A stretch of DNA of 64,000 nucleotides from Camelus ferus (Eukaryota), in contig NC_045696.1 in the NCBI RefSeq assembly GCF_009834535.1, positions 67,954,001 to 68,018,000 of the forward strand. The letters run 5' to 3'. The position numbers and the translations under genes are program-made. This document shows positions 10,740-23,575 of the stretch, piece by piece. Under the pieces are notes generated by a model. That model ran no database searches. It had not been told where the DNA came from and saw nothing but the letters and a program-made list of their open reading frames with translations. How positions within the stretch are numbered: position 1 is the first letter of the stretch; each line of letters starts with the position of its first letter.

Positions 10740-13560
10740 GCGTAGCCAAAGAACTAAATCCAAAACACAGCTTAACAAAATCTGTGGCAGACAGCTAGAG
10801 CAAGCCTTAAAGTAAAATGTGTACCTTATTTATATTAATTAAAAAACAGAAATAAAAATATATGAATTAAAAGTCAAGCTCAAACTATTAGGAAAACAGC
10901 AAAACAAACCTAGACAAAGCGTAAGAAATGTATTATTGATGACTTGAAAGAGAAGATGAAGAAAAGTGAAACGAATAGAGAAAAGAAAGAATTGGGTTTT
11001 TTTTAAATAAATAATAAACTTTTGGTAAACTAATCGGAAGAAGGGTGGTGGGGACGAGGGCGCACAAAACCACACAACTTTAAATAATGTGGAAATCACC
11101 ATAAACACAGGGGAAATGAAAATAATTTTAAGAAATTACTTAACTCCATGCAAATCAATTTGAAAGAGGTGACTTTCTTAAAATACAATTAACAAAAGTA
11201 ACTACATAAAAGATATAAAAGAAAATTGGTCCAATTACTATATAACAAATGAAAAGTTGTTAAATAGTACACACATCCACTCCTCCAAAAAAGGCACCAG
11301 GTCAAGGCCGTTTCAGCAAGGAATTCTACTACATTTTTAAGGAGTAAGTCATATAAATGTTATTTAAACTATTTCAAAAAGAAAGAAAAAGAAAACCTTC
11401 TAAATTATTTTAATGATGATTTAAGCATAACACTGACACTAGAATCTGACTATGCTAATACATACACATAAACACAAACAGAACTTTCAAATAATCTCAC
11501 TTATGAAAATCAATGCAAGAATTGTTAATTACTGATCACCAGATTCCACCAACACTAAAAAATAAAAGAAAATAATGCACAAACTATGACCACATGGATA
11601 TTGTTCCAGGAACACTAGCATGATTTCCTCTTTGAAAAATGTTTATATATTACACCAAATCTATAGGACAGAAGAGAAAAATCTAAGATATTTTCATAGA
11701 AAAGAGAAAAGGAGACAATGTATGATTGTTTCCATAGTTTCCAAAGAGATATTAGATAAACATTTAACAACCAGTCTCTGCTTAAAAAAATAAAAATAAT
11801 AAAACACTCTCTGAATAAGGATGGACAGTTTTTAACACAATATATTTCTCAAAACAAAATCCAACATCACTATTGATAGGGAAAATTATAAGCATTCCTA
11901 TTAAAGTCAGGAAAAAGAGGTCATTCATTTTAACATTGTTATTTAATATCCACTCTTATGCAGGTAGTAGATAATACGATTAGAAGAAAGCTGTAAGAGT
12001 TATAAAAGTTAGAAAAAGGTAAATTATAGTTATTAGCAAATATGATTACTTAAGTAAAAACTGAAAAATTTTAATTATTCAAGCAATGAAAGAATTTAGT
12101 AAAGAGGCTAGGTAGAAAATAAACTGAAACCAAGAGGCCACACACACACACACAATCACAATTAGCTAGATGGTATAATATGAAATAATTTCATTAACTA
12201 CAGCAAGCAGAAAATATCTAGGAAAATAAACCTATAAGAAACATTCATAGTCTACATGAAAAATTTAAGTGCTCTTGGGGACCTAAAAGATGACTTCAAC
12301 AAATGGGAAGGCATAGTGTTCTAAGAAAAAGAAATAGCATCCTTACAATGCATAATGTATGATGTTAGTGAATAAATTTAGAGCAGTCTCCATAAAAATG
12401 TCAACAGGACATTATTTTTAGAACTGGACAAGTTCATTCTAAAGTTCATGGAAAAATAAACAAGTGCTAAAAGACAAAAACTTGGGGGAAAAGAAATTAA
12501 TGGGAGTAAAGTAGCACCATCAGGCAATAAAACATATTATACAGCTACAATAATTGAAAGCAGGATAATGATGCATGAAGTGACAGGTGAATGGCACAGA
12601 AGGTCCCCAGAATGAGGCAAATTCCTAAGTATTAAATATTTAAGTACTTAAGCATTAAAGAATTTAACATATAATAAAGGTGGATTTTCAAATCAGTGTG
12701 GAAAAGATGGACTACTTAATAAATAGCTTTTGTACAGGTGGATCTAAAAAAATATCCAAATGGATCCCTACCTCACACCTTTCACCAAAATAGAATTTCA
12801 ATGAAATCAGTGATGAGAGACAGAAACTGAGAGAGAAAGAGAGAGAGATGGAGGGGGAGATGGAAAGAGACAGAGAGGTCAGAAGAAATAACTAGAAGGA
12901 GAATTAGATTTTTTTAAATTAATCAAAAAGGGGAGAAGGTATTTCTAAGTGTTATATAAAACCCAAAAACTATAAAACCAAAAGACTGAATTGACTATAT
13001 ACTTTTTAAATTTTGTTCTGCAGGTTAAAAGACAAACGCAAAATGATGGTGTATTGCTCCACCTATCACAGCCTCGGGGTTCATTTTTTTTAACTATAAT
13101 GAATCAATAAGCAAAAAGCCAACAATCCAATAGAAAGGGAGGCAAAGGGCAATCCACAAAAAAGAAAACATAAATGGGGAGAGCCTGTTTAAAATTATGT
13201 CCAAAGTCACCGAACAACAGAAACACAAATGAAAACTACAAGAAACCAGATACAAGATACTGATACAGAAATGATCATCCAGACACATAATTGTATGAAA
13301 AAAGCAAGATGCCAAATAATGTGTCGAATGCTCCCCTTTGTGTAAATATTCTGTATACACTGGAAATATAAAGGAATATAAATACATATAATGCTTGTTT
13401 ATACCCAGTTTATTTTTAGAAGGGGACAAAAGGAAATGGTAACAGTGTTTGCCTCTTGGGAGGTAGGGTTGTGGGGATTAGGGAGATGAGACATTGAGAA
13501 ACGAAAGATTTATTTTTCATTATATGTCTTTCTGAAACTTTTTAATTTTGCACTATATTT
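10740..13560 (+). mobile_element. Ancient 5'-truncated LINE-1 (L1ME-like): decayed ORF2 plus 3' UTR
   Basis: A-rich sense strand with residual ORF2 peptides NLWQTARASLKVK (10779, cf. NLWDAAKAVLRGK), KAPGQGRFSKEFYYIFKE (11291, cf. KSPGPDGFTAEFYQTFKE) and AFLLKSGKR (about 11892, cf. AFPLKTGTRQG). L1ME-type 3' end aaatggtaacagtgtttgcctcttgggagg. Many stops and frameshifts. Confidence 0.88.
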
Positions 13561-13729
13561 TTTGTGTTGCTGACTTAAATTAATTTTAGTTTCCTTTAAA
13601 GAAAGTCTGACCAACAATGCATCAATGAGAACTTCAAATGCAGGGGAAGGAAGCCTGCTAGATGGTCTGGAAACTTCCAACTCTGCAACCAAATATGGCA
13701 CATGGGAACGAGAATGACAAAGGTGTCAC

Positions 13730-13932
13730 GGTTTGAAGCCTAATGCAGCTACTTAATAGCTTTGACTTTGGGGAAGTTTTTATTCTTGCAATACTTCAGC
13801 GTCTACAGCTGTGAAACAGAAAGCTAAAATTCACACCTCAGCAGAGCTATGGTGAAAATTAAATAAGATAACATATATAAAGCACCTAGCTTAAGGTCTG
13901 GCAAGGAATACATGTTCAAAAACAGTTAGCTC
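13730..13932 (+). mobile_element. MIR SINE
   Basis: tacttaatagctttgactttggggaagt...gtgaaaattaaataagataacatatataaagcacctagc...tctggca...gttagct. Confidence 0.75.
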
Positions 13933-16524
13933 CCAGTACTATAAGGACTGTTCCTAAATGAATAATAACAACAACAATAATAATAACCAGAATAATTCAA
14001 GCGCTGTTTTGCTCAACCACGTACACTCAACCCAACACCCACCCCCACCCCCTGGCCTCGGCTTCCCTTCCCATCACCACAACATCCCAAGTCCCCATGA
14101 AGCAAGAGCTGAATAAATAACCACCAATTTTAAATACCAGTCAGGAGAATGACTGGAAACCATTTATCTCAACTCACACATTTCGCTGAGACATGAGTGG
14201 AGGCCAGTTGTAGTTAAGTGACAGGCCCAAGGGATGAAAACTCCATTCCAGACTTTTCACCACATGTCATGTGTCAGCAAAGAGCAGGCCTCTTTCCTTC
14301 GACTCCACTGGCCTCTTACTTTTAAAGGGTACCTTGTTTTACCTCCAGCGAGCTCCATCTTTCCTCTACAGCACTCAGAGCCCACCCCTCAGCACGGCAC
14401 CCCTGGCCTCTCCTTCCTGGTGAATGTGGACAGTCCCAGGACACACAGTCGTCTGCTTCAGATGCCCATGAACACAAGAGGACAAAATCACCCTTCTTGC
14501 AGTGGCATAAAAGGCCAACTTTGCCAGTCTTCCAGATGAGGGAGGGAAAAAAAGAAAAAATTTAATGAAGACTCCGTGGTGACAGAAAGACACGTGGGCC
14601 CTTTCTCTAGAGCCGGATGACTTAACAATGGCTAGTCTGAGACCGCGCACCCCTGGCGCATTGGGTTGTGTTACTGGTGATGGTGGTGGTGAGGTTTTTG
14701 TGTTTGTTTATCTTGTTTTATTTTTCTTTCTGTGTTGGGTCTTTGAGAAAGATTCTATTACGGTTGCTATCAATTCTCATTTAGAGAAATAAGGACAATG
14801 GTATTAATAATGAAACAAAAGTAGTCCTTTTTACTCTCTGTGGTCTGCAAGGAGTTTCACATTTCACTCAGATCAGAACTCCATGTTTTACTGATGTGAA
14901 AGTGTGTGGTTTTTGCGATAGCCAAGTTCTTCTAATATTCAACTTTCTGTTGTTTCTTACTTGCAATTTACAGTAAACGAATCCCAATTTTTCCCCTTTG
15001 TCAAAATCAGCCCATTTTCAAAACAAGCAGGCCACCTCAGACATGGCACTTTTCATGAATATCATAGAGGTGTGAGCCTATTTAGACCCAGTTTATTGCA
15101 TTAAACCATCTTAACTCTGAAAGAGACTGCCCGAATGTTATCTTTGGGACTCCACAGGACATCACTGTTCCAGAGACGCACACAAGAAAATCCAGTCCTC
15201 CCTGTGCTTTTCTCCCCTTTCCCCTAAAGTCCTCTCTATCTTCATTTTGGGCTAAATTTGGACAGGGAAACGGGTTGTCAGTCTACAACAGGAGAAAAAC
15301 CACCGCTGTCACGGTCCCGTCGTGGTCATCCTTACTTTGGTCACAGTGCCTCATCTTGAGAAGCCCTTTCACAGGGGCTTAACCGCTCTGTCACATCTGA
15401 GAAATACAGGATGCCAAAATTACTCTCCCTCTTTTTGTATTAGAAGAAACTTAGGCTCAGAAGGGCCAAGTAAATTGCCCAGAAGCCCCCAGCAATAACT
15501 GGCAAGAACAGGTCCTCAACCCAGGTTTTATTTCCGTGAAACAAGGGCTCTTCCACTCTCTGCCCAACCCGAGGAAAGCAACCCGGAGGCTCCCCCCATC
15601 CTCGCACATCACTGGCTCTTAGCTGTCTCGTCATGACGCGCAATGACTCCACCAGCAAGGCCGTACTTGATGGCACAACTCTTTCCGGCAGGGTCGGTTT
15701 TGATCACTCAGTGCCTGGGCCGTACCCGTGGTTAAGTATTTTCACTATCACCAGGGTCCATCTGTTGTCAGATGTGTCACAAGCAATTTGTTACTAGTCA
15801 CTGTTAAGGTCCTAAAGTTCCAATGAACTGTGTTTATTCAGAAACTAGTGCTCTTTCAAGGTAATTCCGAGGATGCTGTCATGCACGCGCCCTCTGACTC
15901 TCTTAAGTGCAAGAGCGAGAGGCAGTTACTGCTAGGCCCCCAGTTATTACCTGTAACCCCAGCCTGCCTTCCCTTGCTCACAGCCCAGGGTGTTCCGTTA
16001 CATGAACATAGTTTATCATAGAATCTGTGAGGAATAAAAGCTCAGAACTACTGCTGGAAGGCGGGGGCAGAGTGACCTATAGAAGCTGGCATTCCTAGAA
16101 AGAGACGAGAACATCTGCATTCCCTTTAACTGGGCAAACCTCAACCATCAATCCTGAATCTGTTCTGGGTACCAAAACTCAGAATGCCCTGTTTGTAATC
16201 CCTGGCTGTCCTATTAAAACACTGTGCCCAAACAGGGTAAGATGAGTGTGTTACCTATGACTCAGTTCACACACATACACACACCCCAGAGCAGAGAATG
16301 GATCCAGCCCAGCACAGGAGATGAGCAAAAATGCCCCACAGTCCACTCAGGACATATCAAGGTAATTTATCCTAACAACGTCTAAGAGAAAAACAGCAAT
16401 ATGCCAAGTTTCAGTGAAGTCGGCTTGGGCCATCACTGTCATCCGCTAATCTCAGAGAACCAAGTGTGTATTATCTGTCTTCTTCACTAGAATGTAAGTG
16501 CCCTGCAGTGAAGGACCCATTATT

Positions 16525-16775
16525 CACATCAATTAATGTTACTAAGTACCTACTGTGTGTCAGCCACTAATCTAGATGGTGGGGATACAGCAAAATAAAA
16601 CAAAACCAAACAAAACCAAAAACCCAACCAAATTCCTGTGGTCATGGAGCTTACATCCCAGTGGTGATGGCAGAAAAGTCAAAAACAAGGAAATGAACAG
16701 ATAACTTTCAGAGAGTAATAAATGCTTTAAAGAAAAATAAAATAGGGTACAGGATATAGGGAGTGCTTGATATGG
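16525..16775 (-). mobile_element. L2 LINE 3' fragment
   Basis: tactaagtacctactgtgtgtcagccact...ggggatacagca...cctgtggtcatggagcttacatcccagtgg. Confidence 0.75.
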
Positions 16776-16819
16776 AGACAGGGGTTGTTGTGTCAATTGC
16801 TTCTGCCTCTACTCATTGA

Positions 16820-16960
16820 TTTGGAACTTTTTAAAAAATACCCATGCCTGGGACCAAACCCCAGATACTCTGATTCGAGTAGCTTGGAGGTGGCTTGGGC
16901 AGCAGTATTTTCAGAGTATTCCAGGAATTCTAATACACACTCAGGGCTGAGAACAACTGG
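16820..16960. mobile_element. MER5A-like hAT-Charlie element
   Basis: ggaactttttaaaaaatacccatgcctgggacc...ccagatactctgattc...ccaggaattctaat...agggctgagaacaactg. Confidence 0.75.
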
Positions 16961-16984
16961 GGTGCTTGGTTTAGAAGATGAACG

Positions 16985-17195
16985 GCCCTGGGATTGAAAC
17001 TCACCTGTTGCATGTGAAATGTGTGATCTCAAGAAAGATACCTAATCTCTCTGAGCCTCAGTGTCCCTATCTATAGATGGGGATAACAGTAGTAACAGCA
17101 CCTCTTTGGGTTATTGTAAGAATTAAATGGTATATTCAAAGCCCAGACAAGAGTGCCTAGGACATGGAAAGGACCCAGGAAGTGTTGGCCGTCAT
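16985..17195 (+). mobile_element. MIR SINE
   Basis: cctaatctctctgagcctcagtgtccctatctatagatggggataacagtagt...gggttattgtaagaattaaatgg. Confidence 0.85.
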
Positions 17196-17234
17196 TTACT
17201 GCTACCTTTGTCAGTCAAAACTATGCAGAGAAGA

Positions 17235-17870
17235 TGCAACCCGGGGAGCTGCAGGCCACATCTGGTCTATTGATGGGTTTTGTCTGCCAAGCACAGTGTT
17301 GACTTTTAAAGCGCTTTGTTGTTGATGGTACTGAGTGAGATCGTAAGTTGCATTTTTCTCGTTCCACAAGGAGGTATCTCTTGCGATGTTTTTTAAAACA
17401 TTTATATGAGTTGCCAACATTTGAAAACCTAAACACTTCACATAAAAAATCTGACAATGCATATGCAGTAACTGATTAGGGCCAGGCAACGGCCATCCCT
17501 CTCAGACACAGCCCTCTCAAGCTCTCCACGTTCCCCACCACACCCTGCAACTCTGTCCCCAAAACACACACTTAGACTGTGGCCAAGGACCAGCCATACT
17601 GCATCAGCACACTTGCACTGTTATCTTCCCCTACAATAAGAAGGAAAACAAAAGATGTCCTGTAGCTAAGACTCTACAGTGGGAAAAGGAAAGCCAAATA
17701 GAAGGGCTTTGTGTTTCAAGAAAAGGGACTAGAAGCATTTCTTTGTGGAAGTCAAGGATCTCTGCCTATTAACTGCGCCAGTGCATCGTGTCTGTGCCAA
17801 AAGCATGAAACTGACACGTCATCTGTTCCCTCTTTTACATCACTCCCCGGGCTCTGTAGGCGATGACCTC
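17235..17870. mobile_element. hAT-Charlie DNA transposon relic (MER102/Charlie-like)
   Basis: ggccacatctggtctattgatgggttttgtctgcc...gagttgccaacatttgaaaacc...ttcacataaaaaatctg matches the MER102-type 5' region. The 3' boundary is uncertain. Confidence 0.5.
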
Positions 17871-20319
17871 TCATATCTTGGGCACAGAAATGGGAGCTTG
17901 GCAAACATTAGCTCCTTTAATCCCACAACTCTGTACTTTCCATTACGACCATTTTCAAGATGAGGAATCTGAACCTTGGAAAGGATAAGCAACAGCCTTG
18001 GATCGCATCAATAATCAATGGCAACGCTAGGTATGGAACTAGAACCGTCTGACGTCAAGGTCGAAACTTCTTCCACCAGACGATGCTCCCTCCACCCTCC
18101 CAGGGAACGATTTAGTGTAATTTAACTGTTGAGAGCGACGACTAGATGGGAAATGCTTGGAAAGGACGCCATTCATTTAGAACAGGATACCCTCTCTCTG
18201 GTCAGTGTGCTTGCTGTCCGTGCCACTAATGACAGAGGCCATCTGTGTCTTCCAGATTTTGAGAAACCTGCAGGTGACACAATGAAACCTGCTCCCTCAT
18301 TCCTTTTGTCCCAAGTAAACATAGTTCTATTCTTAAATCTACAGCCAAACAGATGGCAAAAAGGAAAAACATCACATTGTGCAGAAGTGTGTGGACCTGT
18401 GTTGTGTTCACAAAGCTCAAAACTGGTAACTAAAATGGAAAAGCAACACACATTCAGGCTTATCTCAAACCCTGTCTCTTTGCTGAAGCCTCCTTTGCTT
18501 CACCTTGTCAGATTTAGCCTTCCTCCAGATTCCAGCACAGGCTACTCGCCGCTAAGATTTCTACATCACATTATATTTATGTGGTATGTCTCAACCTCCC
18601 ACCAAACTGGAACTCCCTGAGAGAAAAAATCTACCTTTTATTCACTTTTATACGCCTTCCTGAATCCAGCCCTACCACCAAGATTAAGTACACAGCCAGA
18701 TACAAGGTCAGATGTAAAATAAGAGTGAGTTAAGTGAAGAGGTAAAGGTAAGATTGTTCTATCCAAGTTTCTTTAAGTAAACGTATACTTAGCACAAACA
18801 CCTACAGAGCTGGGCTTTGTGCAGCTGCAGAGATTAATTTTTTTAAAGCTTTGATTCAAGATGCTCACCATCTACTGGGAGAAACAAATGTACACATATA
18901 ACCATAACGCAGAAGAAATAAAAATTAAGTCTCCTAAGAGATACAAACCAAAACTGGCAGTTGAGAGAAATTTGCAAGATAGGAAATTTCTCAGGATGTT
19001 GCTATAATCTTCATTTTAAATGGTCAATTAAAATATATCTACCCCTCCAAAAATGTGCAATTTCTTTTGCCGATAATTTACTGACATTTCTTTTTTGAAG
19101 TTGCTGACATTTAACTATCAAAAGAGCTGTTAAGAAAGGTCTCAGCCATAATGGGGAATTCAAAAATTTTTAAGGAAGTTTAAGAGAAAATATCTTTGTA
19201 TTTCAGCAATTCTGGGAAAGCCTGACTTTTTTGACAGTATAACTGCAAAGAAACTTGAGTCAAAACACACAAGAAAGGAAAAGATGCTCAAGATAGTTCA
19301 AGTCTACAATCACTTGCTGAATACACACTAAAGTGCCAGGAACTATGTTAAGCTCTCCAGGGAAACAGAGCTCAGTTTTTATTTGGGGTAACAGTGAGAT
19401 ATGGGCCCGAGAGAAGATATTAGGATGTAACTTGATAATAAGCAGCATAGAAGAGGTATGGACAAAAGGCTGTGAAGACTCAAGGGGAAGAGAAATCATG
19501 TAAATTAGGAACTTCATTGATAAATGTGGCATGGCACTATGACAAGAAAACTAAACTGAATAACTTGGTATTTGCATTTTACCCCTGGTTCTGCCAATAA
19601 TTTGGTGATAGAACTGGAGCAAGTCATCGCCTATATTTTAGACTTCATTTTCCCCCATCGTTAAAAGGAGACCCTCCCAGTGGTCACAGTCTACAAACCT
19701 GGGCATTCGAGTAAATGACCTTCTGAATTGAGTTACAGCCAGAAAGCAAGTTCTCTCCTGTGTCGTTTGAATCCTTTTGCACTCTTAGATGTTTGTCAAT
19801 CAAGAATTCAAGAGCAATAAATGTAGTAGCTACACAGAATTTGATATTTTCATTATCATTTACACAGCTGACTAAATTACATGCCATTTCATCATAAAGG
19901 CTGGAATATGCTACAATGGGGGGGGGGCACGTGAAGGTGGGCAGATAAGTAGGGTGGATATCTAGTATCTACCAAGGATCCCCCTCCACTCTCTGGACAG
20001 AAAGTACAGGCTAATTCTAGGTCCAGCTGCCATCAGTCAATACTGGTTCTGTTGGCAAGAAACGTAAAACTTCAATGTCCCATCAGAAATGACCCCAGTA
20101 TGTCTGTCCCATGTCATCTCCCACTACTGCTTCCTTTCAAACCTCTATTCATAAACTAGTATTGGCACAACTTTACCAAATCAGAATTTCTAGGGAGAAT
20201 TTCTATGGGGACTGTATTATTAATAACAAGGGATTACGATGACTAGGCAGGTCAGGGAAATCCTATCACAGAACATCTAAACTCCGCCCTACTCATCACA
20301 CATGTCCCGCTTCTTGCCT

Positions 20320-20684
20320 GTTCTGTGTGTTTCTTGTGCCTGCAGTGTGCTTCTCCCACGTGTGGCTGGTGACTTATATTTACCTGTTCTTCAGGAGCCA
20401 GTTAAAACACCCCCTGACTCCACAGCCCTCCACACTCTCATACACTTGTTTCTTTTCTCCTCTCTTGGATTATGAACTCTCAGAGGTCAGGAAAGGAGTC
20501 TCACTTATTCAAAATATTTGTTGGATAAATAAACTAATGAATGATTCATTCTTTTCATTCAGTCATTAGTTCATTTATTCAACAAACATTTATTGAGCAT
20601 CTACCACACACCAGGCACTGTTCTAGGCCCTAGTGACACAGCCATGAACAAGACAGAGTTCACTCTTTCATGGGCATTCTAGTA
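20320..20684. mobile_element. Two L2 3' ends joined tail-to-tail
   Basis: Sense L2 end (tggattatgaactctcagaggtcagg...aatatttgttggataaataaactaatgaatg) is followed by an antisense L2 end (tcatttattcaacaaacatttattgagcatctaccacacaccaggcactgttctagg). Confidence 0.75.
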
Positions 20685-20914
20685 CCAGAGTTGGCAAACT
20701 GTGGCCCACAGACCAAACCTGACTCACTGCATGTCTTTGTAAAAAGTCTGATTGAAACATGGCCACATTCAATTGTTCACGTGTTGTCTATGGCACTGTT
20801 GAGTATTTTATGTATTGTCTGAGAGCAGAATGAGTAACTGCAATTGGACCTTATGGACCACAGGGCTAAAATATTTGCCATCTGTCCCTTTACAGAAAAG
20901 TTTGCTGACCCCTG
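20685..20914 (+). mobile_element. MER58A-like hAT-Charlie MITE with 8-bp TSD
   Basis: Termini ccagagttggcaaact...aaagtttgctgacccctg. Flanks are ttctagta (20677-20684) and ttccagta (20915-20922), a 7/8-identical hAT-type TSD. Confidence 0.88.
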
Positions 20915-21669
20915 TTCCAGTATATCCTTCCCACACAGCACAGTGCCTGGTAGACAGTAAGCAATTAATAAATACTAAGATAATAAAATAAAGATGGAAA
21001 GTAAAACTAAAATCACACAAGGCAGAGTCTCTTTTACCCAGTCTCTATTTTTGTTCTTAGTTATGACAAAACTGATTTCCAGAAAGTTACTAGCAATGTT
21101 ACAGTTCAGCATGATAAAAAGAGAGGGGACAAGTTTTCAAATCTCTGCAAAACTTAAGAACTGAATGAATATGCTGTGTCTTCAAAAGTCATGACTATTT
21201 CAGGCCTCTTTTTGTTCATAACAGCTAGTCTGGCAAAATAAATGACAATAGCTGTGTCTTCTGGCTTTCCAGAGCTTACAAAAGTCTGAGGAGAGTTGTT
21301 ATTGTATTTCATTGGTTTGTCAGCCATCCTAAGATGCACCTTGTGGAGGGGAACTCTGTGTCTTTTGGATCAAGCTGACTAATAAGACTCAGATTAAGTC
21401 AAACACAAACACACAGCTGCACATGAGGAAAACCCCATTCTGTCAAATACCAAAGTCAAGTTTATAGATTCAGTCTTACATTCATCTCCTAAGAAGTGTC
21501 TTCATTACCATGTTCATATGTAACCCTCTCATCTTTCAAGAAAGGAGTTGAAAATTGCAGGATCCCTTGCAGGGCCTGAGTTACTATAAAATTTAAAGTA
21601 GAGAGCTGATACACAGCTACAGTTTTACAAGTCTTCGGCACAGGGTCAGTATGGTTTACTGCAAAGAGT

Positions 21670-21890
21670 AACAGTTTTAGAGTCAAACAAGTCTTGATTC
21701 CAAGAAAGCTGTGCCACCCGTTAACCATGGAAACTTGGGGAAATTGTTGAGCCTCTTTGAGTCTCTGCTTATCTACTGAATGGGAATGACACAAATTACA
21801 TCACAGGGCTGATGTGAGAATTAAGAAGATCGTTAAGTGCAAAGTAGCTTTCTCAGAGTCAGAAGAAAATAGGTTTTCAGTAACAGTTGG
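21670..21890 (+). mobile_element. MIR SINE
   Basis: ttttagagtcaaacaagtcttgattc...cttggggaaattgttgagcctctttgagtctctgcttatctactgaatggg...gggctgatgtgagaattaag. Confidence 0.7.
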
Positions 21891-23348
21891 TTCCTCTCTT
21901 TCCATTTTATCCAATAACAAGTGAAACACAGGTCTCTATACCTCAAAAATACCCTTGTTTGATATATAGGAATTCCCTGAAAATGTAACAATATATTCTT
22001 AAGTCAATAAATTTGGAAAGGTGTCATTTGTACACCCTTGACTCTTTCTTAGTTCAAACGCAAGAAAATTCTCTTCCCTTCTGAGCTTACCACTCAGAGC
22101 TATATAATAGTGCTTGTTTAGTCTATCTCCTGGTGACTGATCTTTAGCAAAATATTAGTTTTCACAACATTCCCCAAAATGCAATATACTAAGAACATCC
22201 TGATGAGCATCAAAGAAGAAGTAATCGGGTCAGTTTGAACATCCCCCCGCATTCAAGGTGAAACGAAGATGATCGTGTTCTAGTCATTTTCACTTTCTGG
22301 TTCTTGTGCCTTTTGGTTCCTGTGCTCCCCTCTGTAAAATGAAACAAAGAAATGCATATGCTTCCATCAAAATAGTGTCCATGCACCTTACAGATACATA
22401 TGGATGAGTGATGAAGATGGAGGGAGATAAATGAGAGGAAGGGTTAGAATGGCCAGGGATGGATGATTGGATGGATACGGGGAGGACGGATGGGTGGGGG
22501 CGTGGACACAAAGGGGAATGGAATTCAGGCAAATGTAGATGGCAGGATGCTAAGCAGACACATCAGAATGCGTAGAGAGGCAGAGATAAATCCGTGACAA
22601 AAAGATCACTCTCGGGATTGAAATAACACAGTTCCCTCTTTAGCCCACTGCTCCTCACATCTCCATTTTAAAAAATACCCAGTGGTCTTTCTTCATCATT
22701 ACATCATCACATCCAAAAGTGTGGTAACTGCAGCATTATGCACACGCCCAGCAATGGAAAATGCACCCTCTGGGCAAAACAAATTTACCACATCCTCCTA
22801 ATAAGAGAAAACAAAAAGTCTTCCAGAGGCATAAAGCAACTTATCTAACGCAGGACATTCATGAAACTACCTGTACTATGTTTCAGTGTTTCTCTAATTA
22901 ACGTTATGTTAATTAAGAGAACTTGGCCTAATGGATTTTGTTACCATCAGGATATTCTCTAAATTAACAATCCTATGGTGTAACTTTACCTTTAAAATGA
23001 GATTTTAACTAAAAGTACTGCTCAACTCCAGTATATCTTAATGTAAGAAATGAAATGTGTCAAACTCGTTTGCTGTGACAACAGTGTCAAGAGCCCCTGC
23101 CTTGTTTCAAAGCAAGTTTCCTTCATAAAAATTCAGCACTTAATCATGGCAGCAAAAGTCAAAAATATCACAGTAGATGCGAATGCACCACTCACTCACA
23201 TAGTGCAATATCATGTGGTGGTTAAAACATGTGCTTTTAAAGAATGTTTAATGACGTGGGAAAATGTTTACACTATAGTATTGTGTTAAAGAAAACATAT
23301 AAAACTAAATATGTATAATGTGCCCCCTCTTTAAAAAAAGAATAGTGT

Positions 23349-23575
23349 ACAAAGTACCATACACTGAATAGATAAACAAGGTCCTACTGTATAGCACAGG
23401 GAACTGCATTCAATAACTTGTAATAAGCTATAATGAAAAAGAATATATATATATGTATAACTGAATCACTATGTTGTACACCAGAAAATAAGACAAAATA
23501 AGACAAGTAAACCAACTATACTTCAGTTTAAGAACAAAAATGTTCTTTCTGAATCCACACCGAAAGGAAAAAAAT
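23349..23575 (+). mobile_element. 5'-truncated cetartiodactyl-type L1 3' end inserted in an older L1ME relic (about 23190-23730)
   Basis: atagataaacaaggtcctactgtatagcacagggaactg...tgtataactgaatcactatgttgtacaccagaaa. TSD aaaaaaagaatagtgt (23333-23348) / aaagaaagaatagagt (23576-23591), 14/16 identical. Confidence 0.85.

Noticed and set aside
10740..13560. Domesticated or intact reverse transcriptase
   Set aside because: The L1 ORF2 remnant has many stops and frameshifts, and no long sense ORF survives.
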